Part shown: positions 28,334 through 36,569 of the stretch, piece by piece
Position numbering within the stretch: the stretch's first letter is position 1
Layout: each line of letters starts with the position of its first letter
Source: a virus
Lineage: Duplodnaviria; Heunggongvirae; Uroviricota; Caudoviricetes
Reading direction: 5' to 3' (one strand)
DNA: 36,569 nucleotides
Virus record (IMG/VR): IMGVR_UViG_2684622554_000001
The notes under the pieces: generated by a model
What the model saw: the letters and a program-made list of their open reading frames with translations, nothing else
Told to the model about the DNA's origin: nothing
Databases searched by the model: none
Position numbers and translations under genes: made by a program

Positions 28334-29524
28334 ATGAGTGACTATCATCACGGCGTGCAGGTGCTGGAGATTAACGACGGCACCCGCGTCATTTCCACCG
28401 TATCCACCGCCATTGTTGGCATGGTCTGCACGGCCAGCGATGCGGATGCGGAAATCTTCCCCCTCAATAAACCGGTGCTGATTACCAATGTGCAGAGCGC
28501 AATTGCAAAGGCCGGTAAAAAAGGCACGCTGGCGGCGTCGTTACAGGCCATCGCTGACCAGTCAAAACCGGTCACCGTTGTCGTACGTGTGGAAGACGGC
28601 ACCGGCGACGACGAGGAAACGAAACTCGCGCAGACCGTTTCCAATATCATCGGCACTACCGACGAAAACGGTCAGTACACCGGACTGAAAGCCCTGCTGG
28701 CGGCGGAGTCGGTAACCGGTGTTAAACCGCGTATTCTCGGTGTGCCGGGGCTGGATACCAAAGAGGTGGCTGTTGCACTGGCATCAGTCTGTCAGAAGCT
28801 GCGCGCTTTCGGGTATATCAGCGCATGGGGCTGTAAAACCATTTCCGAGGTGAAAGCTTACCGCCAGAATTTCAGCCAGCGTGAGCTGATGGTCATCTGG
28901 CCGGATTTCCTCGCATGGGATACGGTCGCCAGTACCACCGCCACCGCGTATGCCACCGCCCGTGCGCTGGGTCTGCGCGCTAAAATCGACCAGGAGCAGG
29001 GCTGGCATAAAACGCTGTCCAACGTCGGGGTGAACGGTGTTACCGGCATCAGCGCATCTGTATTCTGGGATTTGCAGGAGTCCGGTACTGATGCTGACCT
29101 GCTTAACGAGTCAGGTGTCACTACGCTGATTCGCCGCGACGGTTTCCGCTTCTGGGGTAACCGTACCTGCTCTGATGACCCGCTGTTCCTCTTTGAAAAC
29201 TACACCCGCACCGCGCAGGTGTTGGCCGACACGATGGCTGAGGCGCACATGTGGGCGGTGGATAAGCCCATCACCGCAACGCTGATTCGCGACATCGTTG
29301 ACGGCATCAATGCCAAATTCCGTGAGCTGAAAACAAACGGCTATATCGTGGATGCGACCTGCTGGTTCAGCGAAGAATCCAACGATGCGGAAACCCTCAA
29401 GGCCGGAAAACTGTATATCGACTACGACTATACACCGGTGCCTCCTCTCGAAAACCTGACCCTGCGCCAGCGTATTACCGATAAATACCTGGCAAATCTG
29501 GTCACCTCGGTTAACAGCAATTAA
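28334..29524 (+). CDS. FI: Tail sheath protein gpFI
   Basis: 396 aa, the same length as P2 gpFI. GGAG SD. Confidence 0.95.
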   Translation: MSDYHHGVQVLEINDGTRVISTVSTAIVGMVCTASDADAEIFPLNKPVLITNVQSAIAKAGKKGTLAASLQAIADQSKPVTVVVRVEDGTGDDEETKLAQTVSNIIGTTDENGQYTGLKALLAAESVTGVKPRILGVPGLDTKEVAVALASVCQKLRAFGYISAWGCKTISEVKAYRQNFSQRELMVIWPDFLAWDTVASTTATAYATARALGLRAKIDQEQGWHKTLSNVGVNGVTGISASVFWDLQESGTDADLLNESGVTTLIRRDGFRFWGNRTCSDDPLFLFENYTRTAQVLADTMAEAHMWAVDKPITATLIRDIVDGINAKFRELKTNGYIVDATCWFSEESNDAETLKAGKLYIDYDYTPVPPLENLTLRQRITDKYLANLVTSVNSN

Positions 29525-29536
29525 GGAGCCTGACCG

Positions 29537-30054
29537 ATGGCAATGCCGCGCAAACTCAAGTTAATGAACGTCTTTCTGAACGGCTACAGCTATCAGGGCG
29601 TCGCAAAGTCCGTCACGCTGCCAAAACTGACCCGTAAGCTCGAAAACTATCGCGGTGCGGGGATGAACGGCAGCGCACCGGTAGACCTCGGCCTTGATGA
29701 CGATGCGCTGTCAATGGAGTGGTCGCTCGGGGCTTCCCGGATTCGGTTATCTGGGAGCTTTACGCCGCAACCGGTGTGGATGCCGTGCCGATTCGTTTTG
29801 CTGGCTCTTACCAGCGCGACGATACCGGCGAAACGGTGGCCGTCGAAGTGGTCATGCGTGGACGTCAGAAAGAAATCGACACCGGAGAGGGTAAACAGGG
29901 AGAAGACACCGAGTCGAAAATCTCCGTGGTCTGCACCTATTTCCGGCTGACGATGGACGGTAAGGAGCTGGTCGAAATCGACACCATCAACATGATTGAG
30001 AAGGTGAACGGCGTCGACCGGCTGGAGCAACACCGCCGTAATATCGGCCTGTGA
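29537..30054 (+). pseudogene. FII: Tail tube protein gpFII with an apparent 1-bp deletion (G run 29729..29732)
   Basis: Split into 29537..29950 and 29719..30054. Combined 518 nt versus 519 nt for the 172-aa P2 gpFII. Junction SLG|GFPDSVIW requires GGGGG where GGGG is present. Confidence 0.85.
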
Positions 30055-30110
30055 TTTTCATACGGTCAGCCAGGCTGACCGGTTAACCCTGATTCAGAAG
30101 TGAGAAAACC

Positions 30111-30386
30111 ATGGACAAAGAAAATGTCATTACCCTGGAAAATCCGGTCAAACGTGGTGAGCAGGTTATCGAACAGGTCACGCTGATGAAACCTAATGCC
30201 GGGACGCTGCGCGGTGTCAGTCTGGCTGCGGTCGCAAACTCCGAAGTCGATGCACTGATTAAAGTGCTGCCGCGCATGACGGCACCGATGCTGACCGAGC
30301 AGGAAGTCGCCGCGCTGGAACTGCCTGACCTTGTGGCGCTGGCCGGTAAGGTGGTCGGTTTTTTGTCGCCGAACTCGGTGCAGTAA
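30111..30386 (+). CDS. E: Tail assembly chaperone gpE
   Basis: 91 aa, the same length as P2 gpE. Ends just after the T6G slippery run. Confidence 0.9.
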   Translation: MDKENVITLENPVKRGEQVIEQVTLMKPNAGTLRGVSLAAVANSEVDALIKVLPRMTAPMLTEQEVAALELPDLVALAGKVVGFLSPNSVQ

Positions 30387-30538
30387 CGTTTCCTAAAAAT
30401 CTGTCGGTCGATGACCTGATGGCGGATGTGGCAGTGATATTTCACTGGCCGCCATCAGAACTGTATCCCATGAGTCTGACCGAACTCATCACATGGCGCG
30501 AAAAGGCGCTCCGGCGAAGCGGAAACACGAATGAGTAA
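30111..30538 (+). CDS. E': gpE+E' produced by programmed -1 translational frameshift at TTTTTTG (30359..30365)
   Basis: The -1 frame from the slippery site is open to TAA at 30536..30538 and encodes ...ITWREKALRRSGNTNE. Would give 142 aa, matching the known P2 E+E' arrangement. Confidence 0.75.
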
Positions 30539-32977
30539 CAATGTAAAATTACAGGTATTGCTCAGGGCTGTTGACCAGGCATCCCGCCCGTTTAAATCCA
30601 TCCGCACAGCGAGCAAATCGCTGTCGGGGATATCCGGGAAACACAAAAATCACTGCGCGAGCTGAACGGTCAGGCATCCCGTATTGAGGGATTTCGCAAG
30701 ACCAGTGCACAGCTCGCCGTGACTGGTCAGGAACTGAAAAAAGCCAGACAGGAAGCCGCAGCTCTGGCTGTCCAGTTTAAAAATACTGAACGACCGACAA
30801 ATGCACAGGCAAAGGCAATGGAAGCCGCGCGTAAAAATGCGTCTGAGTTACAGGCGAAATATAACAGCCTGAGATTGTCGGTACAGCGCCAGCGTCAGGA
30901 ATTGAGTCAGGCGGGTATTAATACCCGCAATCTGGCGCATGATGAACGAGGGCTGAAAAACCGTATCAGTGAAACCACCGCACAGCTTAACCGTCAGCGC
31001 GACGCGCTGGCGCGTGTCAGTGCGCAACAGGCAAAACTTAATGCAGTAAAACAGCGTTATCAGGCCGGAAAGGAACTGGCTGGAAATATGGCCTCGGTAG
31101 GCGCTGCCGGTGTGGGGATTGCGGCGGCGGGAACGATGGCCGGAGTTAAGCTGCTGATGCCCGGTTATGAGTTTGCGCAGAAAAACTCAGAATTGCAGGC
31201 CGTGCTGGGTGTGGCAAAAGACTCCGCCGAAATGACCGCACTCCGCAAGCAGGCGCGCCAGCTCGGCGACAATACCGCAGCCTCGGCGGATGATGCAGCC
31301 GGTGCACAGATTATCATTGCGAAAGCCGGCGGGGATGCTGCGGCTATTCAGGCGGCAACGCCGGTAACGCTGAATATGGCACTGGCGAATCAGCGGTCGA
31401 TGGAAGAAAACGCGCAACTGTTGCTGGGGACTAAGGCATCCTTTCAACTGTCAAATGATGATGTCAGCCATGTGGGCGACGTGTTGTCGGCAACGATGAA
31501 TAAGTCGGCGGCTGATTTTCAGGGACTCAGTGATGCACTGACTTACCTCGGTCCGGTTGCGAGGACGGCAGGTGTAAGTCTTGAACATGCTGCAGCCATG
31601 ACAGGTGTGCTGCATGACAATAACATCAGGGGGTCAATGGCGGGTACGGGTAGTAGTGCCGTTGTCACCCGATTACAGGCTCCGACAGGGAAAGCATGGG
31701 AAGCACTAAAAGAGCTTGGCGTTAAAACCTCGGACAAAAAGGGAAATATGCGTCCGTTGTTCACCATTCTGAAAGAGATTCAGGTCAGCTTTGATAAACA
31801 CAAGCTGGGAACGTCTCAGAAGGGGGAATACCTTAAAACCATTTTTGGTGAGGAAGCCCTGAAATCAGCGAACGTTTTACTGGCAGCGGCAGCAAGCGGA
31901 AAACTGGATAAGCTGACCGCCACGCTGAAAGCATCGGACGGTAAAACGGAAGAGCTGGTTAAAATCATGCAGGATAACCTCGGTGGTGACTTTAAGGAGT
32001 TTCAGTCCGCTTATGAGGCGGTGGGGACTGACCTGTTTGACCAGCAGGAAGGCACACTGCGTAAGCTCACTCAGACGGCCACAAAGTATGTGTTAAAACT
32101 CGACGGCTGGATCCAGAAAAACAAATCACTGGCGTCAACCATCGGCCTCATTGCCGGTGGCGCGCTGGCGCTTATTGGCATCATCGGTGCAATTGGTCTT
32201 GTAGCCTGGCCGGTTATCACCGGCATCAATGCCATCATCGCGGCAGCAGGCGCAATGGGTGCAATCTTCACGACGGTTGGTAGTGCCGTTATGACGGCCA
32301 TCGGGGCGATTAGCTGGCCGGTTGTGGCCGTGGTGGCTGCAATTGTCGCCGGGGCGTTGCTTATCCGTAAATACTGGGAGCCTGTCAGCGCATTCTTTGG
32401 CGGTGTGGTGGAAGGGCTGAAAGCGGCATTTGCGCCGGTGGGAGAACTGTTCACGCCACTGAAGCCGGTGTTTGACTGGCTGGGCGAAAAGTTACAGGCC
32501 GCGTGGCAGTGGTTTAAAAACCTGATTGCCCCGGTTAAAGCCACCCAGGACACCCTGAACCGTTGCCGTGACACGGGCGTCATGTTCGGGCAGGCACTGG
32601 CTGACGCACTGATGCTGCCGCTTAATGCGTTCAACAAACTGCGCAGTGGTATTGACTGGGTGCTGGAAAAACTCGGTGTTATCAACAAAGAGTCAGACAC
32701 ACTTGACCAGACCGCCGCAAGGACTAATGCCGCCACGTATGGCACCGGTGGTTATATTCCGGCGACCAGCTCTTATGCAGGCTATCAGGCTTACCAGCCG
32801 GTCACAGCACCGGCTGGCCGCTCTTATGTGGACCAGAGTAAAAACGAATATCACATCAACCTGACGGGCGGTACTGCGCAGGGGACACAGCTCGACCGCC
32901 AGTTACAGGATGCGCTCGAAAAATACGAGCGGGATAAACGTGCGCGCGCCCGTGCCAGCATGATGCATGACGGTTAA
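30531..32977 (+). pseudogene. T: Tape measure protein gpT with an apparent 1-bp deletion (G run 30626..30629)
   Basis: ATG at 30531 encodes MSNNVKLQVLLRAVDQASRPFKSIRTASKSLSG, then a stop. The main ORF continues in the adjacent frame (30719..32977). Total 2447 nt versus 2448 nt for the 815-aa P2 gpT. Confidence 0.9.
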
Positions 32978-32991
32978 GGAGGTGACTAAAA

Positions 32992-33471
32992 ATGATGCTC
33001 GCGTTAGGTATGTTTGTTTTTATGCGCCAGACGCTGCCACACCAGACCATGCAGCGTGAATCAGATTATCGCTGGCCGTCAAATTCCCGTATCGGTAAAC
33101 GGGATGCCTACCAGTTTCTCGGTGTTGGCGAGGAAAACATGACGCTTGCCGGTGTGCTTTATCCCGAACTGACCGGCGGAAAGCTGACGATGACCACGCT
33201 CAGGCTGATGGCAGATGAAGGCCGGGCGTGGCCGTTGCTGGATGGCACCGGCATGATTTACGGCATGTATGTCATCAGCAGGGTGAGTGAAACAGGGAGT
33301 ATTTTCTTTGCAGACGGCACACCCCGGAAAATTGATTTTACGCTGTCGCTCACCCGCGTTGATGAATCACTGGCCGCGCTTTATGGCGATATCGGTAAAC
33401 AGGCGGAATCGCTCATCGGTAAGGCTGGCAGTATAGCGACTAAATTCACGGATATGACGGAGGCGGGATAA
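32992..33471 (+). CDS. U: Tail protein gpU
   Basis: 159 aa, the same length as P2 gpU. AAGGAGG SD. Confidence 0.9.
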   Translation: MMLALGMFVFMRQTLPHQTMQRESDYRWPSNSRIGKRDAYQFLGVGEENMTLAGVLYPELTGGKLTMTTLRLMADEGRAWPLLDGTGMIYGMYVISRVSETGSIFFADGTPRKIDFTLSLTRVDESLAALYGDIGKQAESLIGKAGSIATKFTDMTEAG

Positions 33472-34634
33472 TGCTGGATGCGCTGACATTTGATGCAGGC
33501 AGTACGCTGACGCCGGATTACATGCTGATGCTCGACAGCAGGGATATTACCGGCAATATCAGCGACCGTCTGATGAGCATGACCCTGACGGATAACCGGG
33601 GCTTTGAGGCTGACCAGCTTGATATTGAACTGAACGATGCCGACGGGCAGGTCGGGCTGCCGGTTCGTGGCGCAGTCCTGACGGTGTATATCGGCTGGAA
33701 AGGTTTTGCCCTGGTATGCAAAGGGAAATTCACCGTTGATGAGGTTGAACACCGGGGCGCGCCGGATGTGGTCACCATCCGCGCCCGGAGTGCAGATTTC
33801 CGCGGGACGCTCAATTCCCGCCGGGAAGGCTCCTGGCATGACACCACGCTCGGTGCGATTGTTGAGGCGATAGCCTCCCGTAACAAGCTGGAAGCCAGTG
33901 TCGCTCCGTCACTGGCCGGAATTAAAATCCCGCACATCGACCAGTCGCAGGAGTCTGATGCAAAATTCCTGACCCGCCTTGCTGAACGCAACGGCGGTGA
34001 GGTGTCGGTAAAAATGGGAAAACTGTTGTTTCTCAAAGTGGGGCAGGGGGTGACGGCAAGCGGTAAAAAAATCCCGCAGATTACCATCACCCGCAGCGAC
34101 GGCGACCGTCATCATTTTGCGATTGCTGACCGTGGAGCCTATACCGGCGTAACGGCAAAGTGGTTACACACCAAAGACCCGAAGCCGCAAAAGCAGAAGG
34201 TAAAACTGAAACGCAAAAAGAAAGAGAAACACCTGCGCGCACTGGAGCACCCGAAAGCGAAACCGGTCAGGCAGAAGAAAGCGCCTAAAGTACCGGAAGC
34301 GCGCGAAGGTGAATACATGGCCGGTGAGGCTGACAACGTTTTTGCCCTGACCACGGTATATGCCACAAAAGCGCAGGCCATGCGCGCCACTCAGGCGAAG
34401 TGGGATAAACTGCAACGGGGCGTTGCGGAGTTCTCCATCAGCCTGGCTACCGGTCGGGCAGATATTTACACGGAAACACCGGTCAGAGTGTCAGGCTTTA
34501 AGCGCGTCATAGACGAGCAGGACTGGACAATCACTAAGGTGACACATTTTCTGAATAATAGCGGCTTCACGACGTCCTTGGAGCTTGAGGTCAGGCTTTC
34601 TGATGTGGAGTACGAAACAGAAGATGATGAGTGA
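33471..34634 (+). CDS. D: Tail protein gpD
   Basis: 387 aa, the same length as P2 gpD. Overlaps the U stop. Confidence 0.9.
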   Translation: MLDALTFDAGSTLTPDYMLMLDSRDITGNISDRLMSMTLTDNRGFEADQLDIELNDADGQVGLPVRGAVLTVYIGWKGFALVCKGKFTVDEVEHRGAPDVVTIRARSADFRGTLNSRREGSWHDTTLGAIVEAIASRNKLEASVAPSLAGIKIPHIDQSQESDAKFLTRLAERNGGEVSVKMGKLLFLKVGQGVTASGKKIPQITITRSDGDRHHFAIADRGAYTGVTAKWLHTKDPKPQKQKVKLKRKKKEKHLRALEHPKAKPVRQKKAPKVPEAREGEYMAGEADNVFALTTVYATKAQAMRATQAKWDKLQRGVAEFSISLATGRADIYTETPVRVSGFKRVIDEQDWTITKVTHFLNNSGFTTSLELEVRLSDVEYETEDDE

Positions 34635-34715
34635 TGTTTTTATTTTATCTGTTTGTTTTATAAGGATAAATTAACTAAAATGGCACCATCAACAAAACCG
34701 GAAGAGGTGCTCGCG

Positions 34716-34934
34716 ATGTTTCATTGTCCTTTATGCCAGCATGCCGCACATGCGCGTACAAGTCGCTATATCACTGACACGACAAAAGAGCGTTATCACC
34801 AGTGCCAGAACGTGAATTGCAGCGCCACGTTCATCACTTATGAGTCGGTACAGAGATACATCGTGAAGCCGGGAGAAGTCCACGCCGTGAGGCCGCACCC
34901 GTTGCCGTCAGGGCAGCAAATTATGTGGATGTAA
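34716..34934 (+). CDS. ogr: Late-gene transcription activator Ogr (zinc-finger)
   Basis: 72 aa from MFHCPLCQHAAHARTSRY. CxxC...CxxxxC cysteines. GAAGAGG SD. Last phage gene before attR. Confidence 0.9.
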   Translation: MFHCPLCQHAAHARTSRYITDTTKERYHQCQNVNCSATFITYESVQRYIVKPGEVHAVRPHPLPSGQQIMWM

Positions 34935-34945
34935 TTACAAACAGA

Positions 34946-34973
34946 AAGCCCCTCAGTCGAGGGGCTTTTTTTG
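34946..34973 (+). terminator. Rho-independent terminator after ogr
   Basis: AAGCCCCTC-AGTC-GAGGGGCTT hairpin followed by TTTTTTT. Confidence 0.7.
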
Positions 34974-35036
34974 TCGATGTGGTCAAAGTGTGGACTTGAC
35001 CAGAAATAAATCCTTTTATTTCAATTTGTTGTACGT

Positions 35037-35063
35037 AAAAAATAAGCCCGTGTAAGGGAGATT
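35037..35063. repeat. attR core, 27-bp P2-type attachment core (AAAAAATAAGCCCGTGTAAGGGAGATT)
   Basis: Direct repeat of the 647..673 copy. Forms the 3' terminus of cyaR. Confidence 0.85.
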
Positions 35064-35123
35064 ACACAGGCTAAGGAGGTGGTTCCTGGTACAGCTAGCA
35101 TTTTATGGGTTATGTTTTTCAGC
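35037..35123 (-). ncRNA. cyaR: CyaR (RyeE) Hfq-dependent sRNA; its 3' end is the prophage attachment core
   Basis: The reverse complement matches the recalled 87-nt E. coli CyaR sequence (GCUGAAAAACAUAACCCAUAAAAUGCUAGCUG...CGGGCUUAUUUUUU). Confidence 0.9.
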
Positions 35124-35207
35124 GAAACGGATGATAACCTTAATAAATGCAGCTGTATGTGATCGGTTTCTAAGAATTTTCCATCCGGGAAAAATAATCG
35201 AAATTAA

Positions 35208-36569
35208 TCACTTACCGTGGGGGTTACGCGTGGTTTCCCCGGAGAAATTACGCATCAGCAGCGCGTAATTTAGCTCAAGATCCTGCGGCACCGGGAGCCA
35301 CACAGTATAACCATCGCCTGGTGCGACCGGCATAGCTTCACCTTTGGCGTTTTCCATGTGCTCAAGGGTAAAGTTAATGTTGCCTTGCGGCGTCATTAGC
35401 TCAAGGCTGTCGCCAACGGAGAATTTATTTTTCACCGCTACCGCCGCGAGGTCCCCCTTGCGCTCACCGGTAAACTCACCAACAAACTGCTGGCGGTCAG
35501 AAACTGAATAACCGTATTCGTAGTTCTGATAATCGTCGTGAGTATGACGACGCAGGAAACCTTCGGTATAGCCACGATGCGCCAGACCTTCCAGAGTTTC
35601 CAGCAGGCTGGTATCGAACGGTTTGCCCGCAGCGGCGTCATCGATAGCTTTACGGTAAACCTGCGCGGTGCGTGCGCAATAGTAGAAAGATTTGGTACGG
35701 CCTTCGATTTTCAGCGAATGCACGCCCATTTTGGTCAGGCGTTCAACATGGGCGATGGCGCGCAGATCTTTCGAGTTCATGATGTAAGTGCCGTGCTCAT
35801 CTTCAAACGCGGTCATATACTCGCCCGGACGCTGGGCTTCTTCGATCATAAACACTTTGTCGGTTGGCGCGCCGATACCCAGCGTCGGCTCAACATTTTG
35901 CACCGGAATCGGCTCGTACTTGTGTACGATGTTGCCAACGTCATCTTCTTTCCCTTCCTGGACGTTGTACTCCCAGCGGCAGGCGTTGGTGCAGGTGCCC
36001 TGGTTCGGGTCGCGCTTGTTGATATAGCCAGAGAGCAGGCAGCGACCGGAGTAGGCCATGCACAGCGCGCCGTGAACGAAGATTTCGATTTCCATATCCG
36101 GCACCTGATTGCGGATCTCTTCAATCTCTTCCAGTGACAGTTCGCGAGAGAGGATCACGCGGGTCAGGCCCATTTGCTGCCAGAATTTCACCGTCGCCCA
36201 GTTCACGGCGTTAGCCTGTACCGAGAGATGGATCGGCATTTCAGGGAAGTGCTCACGCACCAGCATAATCAGCCCTGGATCGGACATAATCAGCGCATCC
36301 GGCCCCATTTCCACCACCGGTTTCAGGTCACGGATAAAGGTTTTCAGCTTGGCGTTGTGCGGTGCAATGTTGACCACGACATAAAACTTTTTCCCCAGCG
36401 CGTGGGCTTCGTTAATGCCGAGTTGAAGATTTTCGTGGTTGAATTCGTTGTTGCGCACACGCAGGGAGTAACGCGGCTGGCCCGCATAAACAGCATCTGC
36501 GCCATAAGCGAAAGCGTAACGCATATTTTTCAGCGTTCCCGCCGGGGAAAGGAGTTCCGGTTTAAACAT
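35208..36569 (-). CDS. yegQ: Peptidase U32-family protein YegQ/TrhP (tRNA hydroxylation)
   Basis: 453 aa, MFKPELLSPAGTLKNMRYAFAYGADAVYAG. Start codon at the extreme window edge (36569..36567). Host gene next to cyaR, as in E. coli. Confidence 0.9.
   Translation of the reverse strand: MFKPELLSPAGTLKNMRYAFAYGADAVYAGQPRYSLRVRNNEFNHENLQLGINEAHALGKKFYVVVNIAPHNAKLKTFIRDLKPVVEMGPDALIMSDPGLIMLVREHFPEMPIHLSVQANAVNWATVKFWQQMGLTRVILSRELSLEEIEEIRNQVPDMEIEIFVHGALCMAYSGRCLLSGYINKRDPNQGTCTNACRWEYNVQEGKEDDVGNIVHKYEPIPVQNVEPTLGIGAPTDKVFMIEEAQRPGEYMTAFEDEHGTYIMNSKDLRAIAHVERLTKMGVHSLKIEGRTKSFYYCARTAQVYRKAIDDAAAGKPFDTSLLETLEGLAHRGYTEGFLRRHTHDDYQNYEYGYSVSDRQQFVGEFTGERKGDLAAVAVKNKFSVGDSLELMTPQGNINFTLEHMENAKGEAMPVAPGDGYTVWLPVPQDLELNYALLMRNFSGETTRNPHGK

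Noticed and set aside
32071-32745. 224-aa minus-strand ORF rich in Ala/Thr/Ser inside T
   Set aside because: It is antisense to the Ala/Gly-rich tape-measure repeats, a composition artefact.
33518-34415. Minus-strand ORFs overlapping D
   Set aside because: They are antisense to an intact 387-aa gpD and have no SD.
35538-36384. Plus-strand ORFs (199 aa, 91 aa, 79 aa) inside yegQ
   Set aside because: They are antisense to a complete, recognisable 453-aa U32-peptidase gene.
1-36569. CRISPR arrays, tRNA or rRNA genes
   Set aside because: No regularly spaced short direct repeats with unique spacers, no cloverleaf-compatible segment at the att site (the integration target is an sRNA, not a tRNA), and no rRNA-like sequence were seen.

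Overview
The window is a nearly complete P2-family (myovirus) prophage of about 34.4 kb (647..35063), integrated into the 3' end of the host sRNA gene cyaR. It is flanked by a yegR-like host gene on the left and yegQ/trhP on the right. Gene order is colinear with P2: attL-int-C-cox-B-small early ORFs-A-[tin/old slot]-cos-[cargo A]-Q-[IS21-family IS]-P-O-N-M-L-X-Y-K-lysA/B/C-R-S-[cargo B]-V-W-J-I-H-G-[cargo C in Z/fun slot]-FI-FII-E/E'-T-U-D-ogr-attR. All identifications rest on reading the translations and on recalled P2 protein lengths and sequences; no database search was possible. Three AT-rich single-gene cargo loci are the most interesting content: (A) a lone ParA/MinD-type ATPase with a long C-terminal extension, unusually placed between cos and the portal gene; (B) a 247-aa protein with two Rx4H (HEPN-like) motifs between S and V; (C) a 408-aa protein with a C-terminal PD-(D/E)xK nuclease signature in the Z/fun slot, possibly Shedu-like. 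The tin/old slot itself holds only a 37-codon ORF. The prophage looks defective or poorly assembled: an IS21-family element sits exactly at the P/Q junction with a 5-bp target duplication, and five tail genes (R, J, H, FII, T) each carry an apparent 1-bp deletion, four of them confirmed at G runs. The lysogeny module, head genes, lysis genes and cargo appear intact. No CRISPR array, rRNA or tRNA was detected.
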